From Candidatus Levyibacteriota bacterium (GTDB taxonomy: Bacteria; Patescibacteriota; Microgenomatia; Levybacterales; UBA12049), in assembly GCA_016188975.1 (NCBI GenBank), contig JACPGQ010000008.1, positions 17,812 to 81,811 of the forward strand: a DNA stretch of 64,000 nt. Reading direction: 5' to 3'. This document shows, one piece after another, positions 18,168-28,203 of the stretch. Position 1 is the stretch's first letter. Each line of letters begins with the position of its first letter. Made by a program: the position numbers and the translations under genes. Under the pieces are notes generated by a model. It was not told the origin of the DNA. It saw only the letters and a program-made list of their open reading frames with translations, and ran no database searches.

Positions 18168-19145
18168 CTAGCTGATATTTTTTTGCTCGCTTGCGATATC
18201 TGCCTTAACCATCATTTCTACAAGTTCGGCAAATAAGGTTCGTGGCTTCCATCCAAGAACTTTCTTTGCTTTACTATAGTCACCAATTAGGTAATCGACC
18301 TCAGCAGGACGCATGAACTCATGCTTGTTTGGCACGACGTATTTTTTCCAATCAGAAATACCAACTGTCTTAAAAGCGAGCTGCACAAATTCCTCAACAC
18401 TATGGTTTTCACCTGTTGCGATAACATAATCATCTGGCTCATCTTGTTGCAGCATGAGCCACATTGCTTCGACATAATCACCTGCAAATCCCCAGTCCCG
18501 TTTCGCGTCCAGGTTCCCAAGTTCTATGGTCTTCTGCTTACCCAGATGAATTCTCGCAACTCCATGCGTGATTTTTCTCGTCACAAACTCCAAGCCACGC
18601 CTCGGAGACTCGTGGTTAAAAAGAAGCCCTGAGCTGGCAAAAAGATTATAACTCTCCCGATAGTTAAGCGTAATGTAGTGTCCGTAGACTTTTGCTACCC
18701 CGTAGGGACTTCGGGGATAAAATCTCGTCGTTTCCTTCTGCGGCGTCTCAGTAACTTTACCAAACATTTCAGAAGATGAAGCCTGGTAAAATTTGATCTT
18801 TGGATTCACGCTCCGGATCGCCTCAAGCATTCTGGTAACTCCAATTGCCGTAAATTCTCCTGTCAAAACCGGCTGCGTCCATGACGTTTTAACAAATGAC
18901 TGAGCTGCAAGGTTATATACTTCATCCGGATTTGACTCCCTTATCGCTTCTGTGAGTGAGCTCTGGTCTAAAAGGTCTCCTGAGAGGAGTGTTATTTTAT
19001 CTTGTATCTGTTTTATATTGCCAAAATTTTGCGTGCTTGTTCGTCTTGTGAGGCCGTAAACGGTATAGCCTTTATCAAGTAGCAATTCTGCAAGATACGA
19101 TCCGTCTTGCCCCGTAACACCCGTGATAAGCGCTGTTTTTGCCAT
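18168..19145 (-). CDS. gmd: GDP-mannose 4,6-dehydratase
   Basis: [19 protein letters not shown] and [19 protein letters not shown] are GMD signatures. Confidence 0.85.
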   Translation of the reverse strand: MAKTALITGVTGQDGSYLAELLLDKGYTVYGLTRRTSTQNFGNIKQIQDKITLLSGDLLDQSSLTEAIRESNPDEVYNLAAQSFVKTSWTQPVLTGEFTAIGVTRMLEAIRSVNPKIKFYQASSSEMFGKVTETPQKETTRFYPRSPYGVAKVYGHYITLNYRESYNLFASSGLLFNHESPRRGLEFVTRKITHGVARIHLGKQKTIELGNLDAKRDWGFAGDYVEAMWLMLQQDEPDDYVIATGENHSVEEFVQLAFKTVGISDWKKYVVPNKHEFMRPAEVDYLIGDYSKAKKVLGWKPRTLFAELVEMMVKADIASEQKNIS

Positions 19146-19157
19146 CGAGTTCTTATT

Positions 19158-20117
19158 TTAAGCAATCCTTCGCCAATAGTCCAGTACGTCTCGGAGTGAT
19201 CTATCAATTGAAATAGTCGTCTCCCAACCAGTTTGTTTTCGAAGCTTTGTATTATCGGTCCTATTGTCGGGAATATCAACTGGCATGAAGCGGGACTGAT
19301 CTGTCTCAATCGTAATTTTCTCTGTTGAAAAACTGACGAGCTTCTCAAGAATTACCTTCATTTCATAAGACACGCCCGATCCGATATTATAGACATCACC
19401 GGGTGTACCCTTTTCTGCCAGAAGTACATATGCCTTCACAATATCCCGTACATCAGTAAAATCGCGTTTTGCTGAAAGCTTTCCAACTCGAAGGACAGGT
19501 TCTTGCTTCCTTTTTTCAATAAGGGCAATTTGCTGCGCAAACGTCGAGACAGCATAGGCAGTTTTTTGTCCGGGACCAATGTGATTAAAGGGCCGGACAC
19601 GCACAATATGCTGGTCATATGTAAGAAAGTACTGAAGACCAAGATAATCCTGGGTAATTTTTGATACTGCGTACGGGCTTACCGGATTCATTTGTGTTGC
19701 TTCGTCTATCGGTAAATCTGATTCCTTCACGATTCCATAAACCTCAGCTGATGAAACTATGACGATCCTGCTTGCGGACAATCCGGCCTTACGGATCGCT
19801 TCAAGAAGGTGGATTTGCCCAGTCACGTTCGTTGTAAAAGTGAGCGAAGGATCCTTAAAACTCTGCGCAGGAGACGCAAGAGCAGCAAGATGAAAAATGA
19901 CATCGGGCTTTATGGAAGAAATGACAGAATCAATTGCCTGCCCGTCAGTAAGATCAACTTTGTGAAGATGTAATTGTGGGGCGATATCGGCAATATTCTC
20001 AAGGCTCTGCTCAGCGTGATAGGTGCCCGAGACAGCATACACACCCTCGTTGAGAAGCTGCCTCGCAAGAAAATTTCCTGCAAAACCTGAAATGCCTGTG
20101 ATAAAAGCCTTTTTCAT
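19158..20117 (-). CDS. rmd: GDP-4-keto-6-deoxy-D-mannose reductase-like SDR (Rmd-type)
   Basis: Extended SDR (AFITGISGFAGNFLA, YAVSK) immediately downstream of gmd. The assignment to Rmd rests on synteny. Confidence 0.55.
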   Translation of the reverse strand: MKKAFITGISGFAGNFLARQLLNEGVYAVSGTYHAEQSLENIADIAPQLHLHKVDLTDGQAIDSVISSIKPDVIFHLAALASPAQSFKDPSLTFTTNVTGQIHLLEAIRKAGLSASRIVIVSSAEVYGIVKESDLPIDEATQMNPVSPYAVSKITQDYLGLQYFLTYDQHIVRVRPFNHIGPGQKTAYAVSTFAQQIALIEKRKQEPVLRVGKLSAKRDFTDVRDIVKAYVLLAEKGTPGDVYNIGSGVSYEMKVILEKLVSFSTEKITIETDQSRFMPVDIPDNRTDNTKLRKQTGWETTISIDRSLRDVLDYWRRIA

Positions 20118-21412
20118 CGGCCTACTCCAATGTAGGAAAATCCAAGTTCTCGCATTTTTGCAGGGTCGTAGACATTGCGGCCATCTATAACAAGCGGTGA
20201 TTTCATAAGCTTTTTTAATTTCTGGAGATCAATTTCTCGAAACTCATCCCATTCTGTTACAAGTATCATTAGATCAGCATCAGCAACGCATGAGTAGAGA
20301 TCCGAGGCAAAACTCAAGCCACTTCCCGCAAGTATCCGCTTCGCATTTCCCATTGCAATCGGGTCATATGCCTTAATCTTTGCTCCCTTTGCAGTAAGTT
20401 GGTTGATGATGACAAGCGATGGTGCATCACGCATATCATCTGTGTCTGGCTTAAAAGAAAGCCCTAATACTGCAATTGTTTTTCCTTTAACATCGTGTTT
20501 GAGCATTTTCTCCGCTTTCTTAACAAGTGAGAGCATCATGTGCTTGTTAATTGCCTCGACTTCATGAAGGAGAGAAAAATCGTAACCATGTTGTTTTGCG
20601 ATGGCAATAAGCGCTTTCACGTCTTTAGGAAAACAACTACCACCATATCCTGCCCCAGCATTGAGAAATGACTTTCCGATCCGGGCATCATACCCTATAC
20701 CTTCAAGAACTTTTGTCCCGTCTGCTCCGACATTTTCGGACAGATTTGCAATTGCATTGGCGTAGGAGATTTTTGTGGCGAGAAAAGCATTGGATGCGTA
20801 TTTGATCATTTCTGCCGTCTCAATGGTAGTAAGAACCTGCACTGACTCAATTGGTGAGTGGAGAGCAAGCATGACTTCTCTTGCCTTCTCTGAATCTATA
20901 CCTATAACAACTCTGTCTGGATGTCGTGTGTCACTAATTGCCTGACCTTCACGGAGAAACTCAGGAATAGATGCGACGTCAAATGTCGCTTTGAGGGGTT
21001 TTACCTTTGTAATAATCTCAAGAATTTTTTTATTGGTCCCAACGGGGACCGTACTTTTTGTTGCAATGACAGTGTATCCTGAAAGGTGTTTCCCAATTTT
21101 TTCAGCAACGTCAAAAACGACAGACAAATCAGCTTCGCCACTGTCTTTTGGGGGAGTACCAACCGCAATAAAAACGGCATCTGAAGACGGGACTGAAGGT
21201 TTGTAATCAAGCGTAAAGAGGAGTCTTTTTGCTTTGACGTTGCGTTTGACGAGTTCCTCAAGCCCCGGCTCATAGATCGGAATAATTCCCTTCTTGAGGT
21301 TTTCAATTTTTTCTGGCGTGTGTCCTATGACCCAAACAGTATTACCCAGATCAGCAAAAACGGCCGCTGAGACAAGACCAACGTACCCATGACCGACAAA
21401 CGTGATAGTCAT
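20114..21412 (-). CDS. ugd: UDP-glucose 6-dehydrogenase family protein
   Basis: The N-terminal Rossmann fold reads ITFVGHGYVGLVSA. The catalytic Cys context is GGSCFPKD. Confidence 0.75.
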   Translation of the reverse strand: MTITFVGHGYVGLVSAAVFADLGNTVWVIGHTPEKIENLKKGIIPIYEPGLEELVKRNVKAKRLLFTLDYKPSVPSSDAVFIAVGTPPKDSGEADLSVVFDVAEKIGKHLSGYTVIATKSTVPVGTNKKILEIITKVKPLKATFDVASIPEFLREGQAISDTRHPDRVVIGIDSEKAREVMLALHSPIESVQVLTTIETAEMIKYASNAFLATKISYANAIANLSENVGADGTKVLEGIGYDARIGKSFLNAGAGYGGSCFPKDVKALIAIAKQHGYDFSLLHEVEAINKHMMLSLVKKAEKMLKHDVKGKTIAVLGLSFKPDTDDMRDAPSLVIINQLTAKGAKIKAYDPIAMGNAKRILAGSGLSFASDLYSCVADADLMILVTEWDEFREIDLQKLKKLMKSPLVIDGRNVYDPAKMRELGFSYIGVGR

Positions 21413-21464
21413 ATTGTGATTTTCACAGATTGATAGCGGATGATCACGGATCAGTGAAAATCAG

Positions 21465-22349
21465 CTATAAATCAGTGGCAATTTTTTTAAGTCCTTCTTC
21501 AAAAGTCATCATTTGCACACCGAGATGTTTGATTTTATCATTTTTTAGCGTGAGATTGAAAGGCCTTGGCGCACGGCCATGGAAAAATTCAGCTCTTTTT
21601 ACTTTGGTAATGGTTGGATTTTCAAGTAAAAATGCTCTTGCTATAGCAATACACGCATCAAATGGTGAGAGTGACGAGCTCCCAACGACATGGATTATTC
21701 CCTCAAATCGCTTTCGTATGATTGCGTCAATTCCTTTTGCAATATCATCAATATATGTTGGCGTCATGAGATGGTCAGTGACTGCTTTCACTTCTTGCCC
21801 AGCCCTAAGCCGAGAAAGAAGAGCACGAACAAAATCCGATTTTGCATCAAACTTTGCCCGGTATGGATACGAAATTCGCATAATAACATTCGAGGCTGAC
21901 GCAGATTGCGTTCGTTTCTCTCCCTCGTATTTTGTAGTTGCATACCAATTTGTCGGGTTGGGGGCATCCTCCTCACCATATCCGCCTGAAGGCGTATTTG
22001 CACCATCGAAAACAAAATCTGTCGAAACGTAGATCATCCTATGCCCTGCATCTGAGCATGCACGAGCGACATTTTCTGTGCCGAGTACATTTATCCTCCA
22101 TGCGTCGCCATTCTCTCCCATTGATTGATCTTTCTCACACGCATCAACATCTGCTTTTGCCGCAAGATGCAGCAGAGTTGCCCCCGAATTCTCACGGAGT
22201 GGCGAAAGTGTTTCAGGTCTTGTGATATCAACCCCTGTTTCCAAGCTGAAACTAGTGACGTCGTAGGTTACTGAAAGTAATTCTTTGAGCCGTGAACCAA
22301 CAAGCCCAGACCCACCAAGCATGACAAGTTTTTCCCTAGCCGTTCCCAT
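21465..22349 (-). CDS. rfbD: dTDP-4-dehydrorhamnose reductase
   Basis: RmlD-like SDR (LVMLGGSGLVGS, YATTK). Confidence 0.75.
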   Translation of the reverse strand: MGTAREKLVMLGGSGLVGSRLKELLSVTYDVTSFSLETGVDITRPETLSPLRENSGATLLHLAAKADVDACEKDQSMGENGDAWRINVLGTENVARACSDAGHRMIYVSTDFVFDGANTPSGGYGEEDAPNPTNWYATTKYEGEKRTQSASASNVIMRISYPYRAKFDAKSDFVRALLSRLRAGQEVKAVTDHLMTPTYIDDIAKGIDAIIRKRFEGIIHVVGSSSLSPFDACIAIARAFLLENPTITKVKRAEFFHGRAPRPFNLTLKNDKIKHLGVQMMTFEEGLKKIATDL

Positions 22350-23349
22350 ACTGTTTGTTGTAATAGTCCTGGTATGCTCCTGACTTTACGTCTTTCCACC
22401 AGTCTTTGTGATCCTGATACCACGCAACCGTTTTTGAGAGCCACTCATCAAAATCATGCTCTGGTTCCCAATCTAATTCTTCTCGTGTCTTGCTCCAATC
22501 AACCGCATAGCGGCGGTCATGACCAGGACGATCTTTGACAAACTCAATCATTGATTCGTCTTCTCCAAGTATATCCAGGATCTTTTTCACCACAGATAGA
22601 TTGTTTACGTCGCCTCCCATGCCTCCCACGCAATACGTTTCACCACTTTTTCCTTTTTGCAAAACGAGGTCTATTGCCCGACAATGGTCTTCCACATAGA
22701 GCCAGTCACGAACGTATAGGCCATCTCCATACACAGGAACCTTTTTTCCTTCAAGAAGATTCGTAATCGCTAAGGGAATAAATTTTTCTGGAAACTGGTA
22801 GGGACCGAAATTGTTTGAGCAGTTCGTGATCGTAATGGGAAGCCCGTATGTTGTGTAGTAAGCTCTCACCAGATGGTCTGACCCTGCTTTGCTTGCCGCG
22901 TATGGACTTCGTGGATTATATGCTGTCATTTCAGTGAATTTGCTTGTATCTTCAAGAGTTAGCGAGCCAAACACTTCATCTGTCGATATATGGTGAAATC
23001 TCCCCACTCCTTCTTTCAGCGCTGCATCAAGAAGCACCTGAGTCCCGCTGACATTCGTTTCAACAAATGCGGCAGGCTCCATGATGGAACGGTCAACATG
23101 GCTCTCAGCGGCAAAATGAACAACAGTGTCGACACCTTTAAGGGATTGCTCAACCGTTTTTGGATCACGGATATCTCCGCGAATAAATGTATACGAGGAA
23201 GAATCCTCAATGTCTTTCAGGTTTTCTAAATTTCCAGCATACGTGAGTTTATCAAAGTTGATAATGTGGTCCTCTGGATGGTTTTTTATCCAGTACAAAA
23301 TAAAATTTGATCCGATAAACCCGGCGCCGCCCGTAACAAACAACTTCAT
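22336..23349 (-). CDS. rfbB: dTDP-glucose 4,6-dehydratase
   Basis: MKLFVTGGAGFIGSNF and YAASKAGSDHLVRAY, at RmlB-typical length. Confidence 0.85.
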   Translation of the reverse strand: MKLFVTGGAGFIGSNFILYWIKNHPEDHIINFDKLTYAGNLENLKDIEDSSSYTFIRGDIRDPKTVEQSLKGVDTVVHFAAESHVDRSIMEPAAFVETNVSGTQVLLDAALKEGVGRFHHISTDEVFGSLTLEDTSKFTEMTAYNPRSPYAASKAGSDHLVRAYYTTYGLPITITNCSNNFGPYQFPEKFIPLAITNLLEGKKVPVYGDGLYVRDWLYVEDHCRAIDLVLQKGKSGETYCVGGMGGDVNNLSVVKKILDILGEDESMIEFVKDRPGHDRRYAVDWSKTREELDWEPEHDFDEWLSKTVAWYQDHKDWWKDVKSGAYQDYYNKQYGNG

Positions 23350-23888
23350 AGCCCACCTTTCTGCCTTAAGGCATGCAGCATTAGTATACCAAGAGATGCA
23401 ATCGAATTTTTTATCTGCCCACGAAGTACACGCTTGACAGCTTCTTCTAACGGCATTTTGACGAGTGTTATTTCCTCATCCTCTTCAGGAGACGCTGCTC
23501 CTCCTACTCTCAAATCAGTTGCGAGAAAAAGGTAGATTTTCGTCTTAATAACACTACTGGTCCCCGAAAACGCAGCAAACTCTGTCCATTTACCTGCTGT
23601 TATCCCAACCTCTTCCCGCAACTCTCGTTTTGCTTCAAAGAGGGGTGATTCATCCTTTTCGACATGTCCAGCAACTTCTTCCAGAAACGTCTGGCCATGG
23701 AGATACCGATACTGCTTAATAAGATATATTTCTCCGTCGTCTGCTATGGGAAAAACGGATGCTATTGAGGGACGATAGACATTCAGATGAGTACGCTTCG
23801 TCCCTTTTATGTCAAGTTGCGTCTCAACGACTGTGAACAAATCAGCATGTAGAATAGGCCGTTGGGAGAGAATTTTTGTTGGGATCAT
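23346..23888 (-). CDS. NUDIX hydrolase
   Basis: Nudix box GHVEKDESPLFEAKRELREEVGI. Confidence 0.7.
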   Translation of the reverse strand: MIPTKILSQRPILHADLFTVVETQLDIKGTKRTHLNVYRPSIASVFPIADDGEIYLIKQYRYLHGQTFLEEVAGHVEKDESPLFEAKRELREEVGITAGKWTEFAAFSGTSSVIKTKIYLFLATDLRVGGAASPEEDEEITLVKMPLEEAVKRVLRGQIKNSIASLGILMLHALRQKGGL

Positions 23889-24328
23889 TTGACGATACCA
23901 CTCTCAAGTTCTTCTTGAGAATACTCTACCTGCTCATCCTTAAGCTTAGGATCGTACGGGGGATCAGGATAATTGACGAGCCATCCCTCTTCTGCACTGA
24001 TGTTTTCAAGCCCTGTTGCAACGTTTTTTGGGATAAAAAGCCGAGACGGCTCTTGTGCGTCAAGTATATGCTCTGTTCTGACCCATCGATCTCCTTCACG
24101 TTCGTACGTAATAATCTTCATCTTTCCCCTGAGGCATACATATCGTGCCGCTCTCACTCGGTGTAAATGATACCCTTTAAATGCTCCTTTATAGGCAACA
24201 GACATATACACTTCTGTCTTTTGATTTGTATCCTTGTCCTTAAACATCTCCAAAAGCCAACCGTTTTCTTTCTTACCATGGTCAAATGTTTGTACTTTTT
24301 TCACGGGTTCTACAAAAACATTATTCAT
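23885..24328 (-). CDS. Cupin-fold sugar epimerase/isomerase (RmlC- or FdtA/WxcM-like) in the position normally held by rmlC
   Basis: HLHRVRAARYVCLRGKMKII resembles the RmlC/FdtA HxH...K core. At 147 aa it is short for RmlC. The call rests on synteny plus this motif. Confidence 0.4.
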   Translation of the reverse strand: MNNVFVEPVKKVQTFDHGKKENGWLLEMFKDKDTNQKTEVYMSVAYKGAFKGYHLHRVRAARYVCLRGKMKIITYEREGDRWVRTEHILDAQEPSRLFIPKNVATGLENISAEEGWLVNYPDPPYDPKLKDEQVEYSQEELESGIVK

Positions 24329-25065
24329 TTCAGCTCTCCTTCCTGGACTTTTTTGGCAACCATCATATTTGCCCTAAGTAACTCATCATATGATGTACCT
24401 GCATCGATCCACCAATCAATGATCTTACACTCCAATGTCCCTTCCTGTAAATAAAAATTATTTAAATCCGTAACCTCTAACTGCTTTCTTGCTGAGGGCT
24501 TTAGCTTTCTAATAAAGTCAAATACGCGATGATCATACATATATATTCCTGTCTGTGCGATCCGGGATTTCGGCTTCTCAGGTTTTTCCTCAATCGACAG
24601 CACTTTTCCATCATCATTTATTTCGACAACTCCATACTGTTTAGAATCGGTATCCATCTCTATACCAAAAACTACTGCTCCCTTTTCTTTCTTCTCAAAC
24701 TCAGACACTGTGTTGCGGAGGTTGAAGTTAAAAATATTATCTCCAAGAAGAACGAGGAGCTTCTCACCTCCGGCAAACTCCTCAGCGAGCGCAATGCCAT
24801 CGGCAATCCCACCTGTTGGATTCTGTTGAACCGCATAGTAAAGACGGAGACCAAACTCATCACCAGTTTTCAGCAGATTCGCGAAATCACCGTTATGATC
24901 TGGCGATGAGGTCAATAATACCTGTTTAATACCAGCACGCTGCATTGCTTCAAGTACATAAAAGATCATCGGCTTATTATAAACAGGGAGGAGATGTTTG
25001 TTGGTTACTGATGTAAGAGGACGTAATCTTGTTGCGAGTCCACCCGCCAATATTGTTCCCTTCAT
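24325..25065 (-). CDS. rfbA: Sugar-1-phosphate nucleotidyltransferase (RmlA-like, short form)
   Basis: The N-terminal G-rich loop is KGTILAGGLATRLRPLT, with further RmlA family motifs downstream. Confidence 0.75.
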   Translation of the reverse strand: MKGTILAGGLATRLRPLTSVTNKHLLPVYNKPMIFYVLEAMQRAGIKQVLLTSSPDHNGDFANLLKTGDEFGLRLYYAVQQNPTGGIADGIALAEEFAGGEKLLVLLGDNIFNFNLRNTVSEFEKKEKGAVVFGIEMDTDSKQYGVVEINDDGKVLSIEEKPEKPKSRIAQTGIYMYDHRVFDFIRKLKPSARKQLEVTDLNNFYLQEGTLECKIIDWWIDAGTSYDELLRANMMVAKKVQEGELK

Positions 25066-25068
25066 ACG

Positions 25069-25338
25069 CTATTTAAGAAGAAAAAGCGTGAAATAAACAG
25101 CACTTATTCCAAGCATTCCGATTAGGACATATTCTACCACAATTTTCGCGTGAATGTCATGGTGGATGAAGTGATGCAAAAGCGCCCATCCGACATAAAA
25201 TGCCGACATAAAAATTGTAACTCCCATCACGAGATTCAGATCGTGGAGCGTTTGTGAAATGAGCAATACACCCGCAAGCAAAACGATAACAAGCCCGAGG
25301 TAGTAGCCAAGATGCCTCTTTGTCTTATAATCCATCAT
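25069..25338 (-). CDS. Small integral membrane protein, function unknown
   Basis: 89 aa with two or three TM helices. Confidence 0.3.
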   Translation of the reverse strand: MMDYKTKRHLGYYLGLVIVLLAGVLLISQTLHDLNLVMGVTIFMSAFYVGWALLHHFIHHDIHAKIVVEYVLIGMLGISAVYFTLFLLK

Positions 25339-26336
25339 ATTATGACACCATTCCCAATCATGATTATGGTTGTAATAATAACGAAAACAAATAACATTGT
25401 ATCAATATTATGTGCAACAATACGTACAATTTTTCTCCTCTGAAAAATAACCAGATCGATGAGAAGCGTTGAAAAAAGCACCAAGAGAATGGTGAGAGAG
25501 ATGCCTTTTGTCACTTGTTTCATGTCCAAAAGAGGCTGCGTGGTAAAGGATGCAACTGAAGCAAGCTCCCCAGCCGTTTCTGCCTTTTGCGGTTGCACCT
25601 GAGGTACGCCTGCTTGCTGCACGGCTTCGGATCTCGAATCGGCAATTTCAGATGGGGTTTCACGTCGTTGTCCAAACATCTCGACAACAAGAACTGTTTC
25701 ATCACCCGTAAGCGTGCCTGGAACAACTGCAAAGCCAATATCTTGATAATTTGTTGAGAGCATATTCTCTCTGTGGCCCGGGCTGTCCATCCAGGCTTGA
25801 ATAACATCAGGTGATGTTGTGAAGCCTCGTGCCAAATTTTCTCCTGCGTAAAGGTAATCATAACCGGCTGATTTGATAAATACCCAAGGAGTAGAACCAA
25901 TAGGGCTATTGTGTGCCCAATAATTTTTCGTAAACATATCAGCCGCTTTCTGGGCAGCGGCATTTGAAAGAGCATCATTAAACTTCAGAGGTGTCAATCC
26001 ATTTTCTACCCGTTTCTTGTTCGTCATCTCCAGTAATTCCGCAACGGTAATACTTGTACGGACGCCTAGGATATCTCCCCGCTTTGTATGAAGAACCGAG
26101 AAAGAAAACTCCAAAACGAATAACAAGACGATGACGACAAGAAGGCTTGAATGATGGAGAAGTCGTGCACGGTGATTATTGGACTCACGGGGAAAAAAGA
26201 GATGATGCAGGAAGTCTCTCATTGTATCTGAAATAAATTCAAGTGAAACGTTAGTCGGTAAACGGTTATGAGGCCCGTATCGATATTCGTCTTTCGTTTT
26301 TCGTAACCGACCAACGAAACGGGCATCGTTACCCAA
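25335..26336 (-). CDS. CAP/SCP (PR-1-like) domain protein with flanking TM helices
   Basis: YWAHNSPIGSTPWVFIKSAGYDYLYAGENLARG...SPGHRENML is a CAP domain. The start is uncertain because the first ~70 nt overlap a repeated intergenic-type element (26268-26335). Confidence 0.55.
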   Translation of the reverse strand: MGNDARFVGRLRKTKDEYRYGPHNRLPTNVSLEFISDTMRDFLHHLFFPRESNNHRARLLHHSSLLVVIVLLFVLEFSFSVLHTKRGDILGVRTSITVAELLEMTNKKRVENGLTPLKFNDALSNAAAQKAADMFTKNYWAHNSPIGSTPWVFIKSAGYDYLYAGENLARGFTTSPDVIQAWMDSPGHRENMLSTNYQDIGFAVVPGTLTGDETVLVVEMFGQRRETPSEIADSRSEAVQQAGVPQVQPQKAETAGELASVASFTTQPLLDMKQVTKGISLTILLVLFSTLLIDLVIFQRRKIVRIVAHNIDTMLFVFVIITTIIMIGNGVII

Positions 26337-26370
26337 TACCGCTTAACAGGGTTGTATTTCTGTAAGTATA

Positions 26371-26685
26371 TTAACTATACACTGGTTCAATCAACTCGCC
26401 AAGGGGTTTCCCGTTTATCGGGACATTGAGGAGAAAACCTAAAGCGTTCGCGACCGAAGCGCCCACACGAAGTCCAGTAAATGAACCCGGACCTTCGCTT
26501 ACATGTATAGCTGCAATATCCTTCAGCTGCAATGTGTGTTTCCGCAGAAGCTGATCCACAAGCGATAACACCTCTTGTGGATTTTCTTTTCCTCTATTTC
26601 CCCTTGCTGCGTACTTTCTTCCTTCAATCGTAATCCCAACGATAATCTCATCGCTTCTTGCTGTATCAATGGATAGGACTACCAT
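26371..26685 (-). CDS. tsaB: tRNA t6A biosynthesis protein TsaB (YeaZ), short N-terminal-domain-only form
   Basis: GPGSFTGLRVGASVANALGF is the YeaZ signature. At 104 aa it is far shorter than the ~230 aa typical of TsaB. Confidence 0.55.
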   Translation of the reverse strand: MVVLSIDTARSDEIIVGITIEGRKYAARGNRGKENPQEVLSLVDQLLRKHTLQLKDIAAIHVSEGPGSFTGLRVGASVANALGFLLNVPINGKPLGELIEPVYS

Positions 26686-26862
26686 ACAGGATATTGTATT
26701 GGTGGCAAAGGGAGAAGTAAAGCTTTTGGTTTTTCATAGCCCTCTTACTTGCTACCTGTATACCGTGCAGGTCTATGTTCCTGATCTACCTCTTCCGAAA
26801 CTTCAATCGTATATTCTCTATCTCCAGTCGGGACCAGATTGTTGTACGAATGACCTGTGGAG

Positions 26863-27579
26863 CTAAACTCCACCCATCAACTCTTCTTCTAATTTTGTCA
26901 TATCCTTAATAATAAGTGTGCTCTTATTCAGATCCACAAGACCCCTCTCTTTGAGAATCTTCATTTCACGGCTTACGGTTTCTCGCGTCATACCTGACTG
27001 CGATGCAAGTTCTGTCTCTGAAATACTCAGCGAGACGTGTGGCCCTTCTTTTTTTCCAAAACGTTTTGCCTGGATGAGAATTTCTGTCGCAAGACGACTA
27101 AAGGCGCTACCAGCCATGAGATACGTCATCCTGGTAAGGAGTCCATCCACCCCCTTGTAAACTCTGCTCATCAAGTCAAAAAGCACGTCAGGATTTCCCC
27201 TGATAAATGCTACTGTTTCAGCCTTTGGAGCTCGGAATACTACAAGATCAGTTACAGCTTCGTAGTAATATGGGTTCGTCGTACTGTTGAGAGCCCATGA
27301 CATTGGAAAAAATGACTGCGGTTTAAAAATATTTATCACCAGTTCATCACCCTTTTTGGAGATCGCGTAGACTTTTACTATTCCCTCTCTCAGGAAGTAA
27401 ATCCCCTGCGGATCATCATCTGCCCTAATAAAAATCTCTCCCTTGCTATATCGCTGCAATTTAAATTGACCAAAAAAAAGCTCTATTTTTTCTTCGACAC
27501 CAGGCATGGAGGTATTGTACAAAATTTTTATCAGTTTCTTAAAGTACTCCATTTGATCAATGCGTTGATACTCATCCAA
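26863..27579 (-). CDS. Crp/Fnr-family transcriptional regulator
   Basis: A cNMP-binding beta-barrel followed by a C-terminal HTH (RETVSREMKILKERGLV). Confidence 0.7.
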   Translation of the reverse strand: MDEYQRIDQMEYFKKLIKILYNTSMPGVEEKIELFFGQFKLQRYSKGEIFIRADDDPQGIYFLREGIVKVYAISKKGDELVINIFKPQSFFPMSWALNSTTNPYYYEAVTDLVVFRAPKAETVAFIRGNPDVLFDLMSRVYKGVDGLLTRMTYLMAGSAFSRLATEILIQAKRFGKKEGPHVSLSISETELASQSGMTRETVSREMKILKERGLVDLNKSTLIIKDMTKLEEELMGGV

Positions 27580-27585
27580 ACCCTG

Positions 27586-28203
27586 CTATGGTCGGATAAA
27601 CCTCGATGCTGAGACGACCAGAAATATTCCAGTCGCGTTGAGAAGAAATGAGATGAGGATAAACTGGTATGTTTTCATCTTCGAAATTCCCATGAGGCTT
27701 ATTCCAATTTCATCGGGAAAAGGAGACGCGATAATAAGTGCGCCAATAACAGGAAGCGTCCAACTAAAATATTTTGAATGAAGAATACGCCTAAAATGGT
27801 GGTCTCCATCAATATGCTCATAAAGTGACGCAATCTCCTGCGTGAGGTTATTTTTGATGATGTGAAAAATCGTCACATCTCCCACGACTCCTCCAAGGCC
27901 TGCAATAATGCCTATTTCAACTGGTGATAACCTCTCGGCAAGAATGAGTAAAATGATAGCTCCAGTCGCGACAGTAAAGGTGGAGACGAAAAGCATGCCT
28001 GCGATAAAAGCCCCTATGTAGCCTAACTCTCCTAATCCAAGCAGATAGGAATGGAGCGACTCATTCCGAAAGACAAAAAAAGCGAGAAGGAGTGAGAGGA
28101 AGAAAAACGAAAGATTTTTATATCTCCATGATCTCCAGTAGCTCATACTTTCAGTATAACAGAGACATTCGCTTGTCGATTGTACCCACACAGAAGCTCC
28201 CAA
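27586..28203 (-). CDS. Integral membrane protein, function unknown
   Basis: Multiple TM helices. The real start is possibly at the internal MSYWRSW. Confidence 0.3.
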   Translation of the reverse strand: MGASVWVQSTSECLCYTESMSYWRSWRYKNLSFFFLSLLLAFFVFRNESLHSYLLGLGELGYIGAFIAGMLFVSTFTVATGAIILLILAERLSPVEIGIIAGLGGVVGDVTIFHIIKNNLTQEIASLYEHIDGDHHFRRILHSKYFSWTLPVIGALIIASPFPDEIGISLMGISKMKTYQFILISFLLNATGIFLVVSASRFIRP

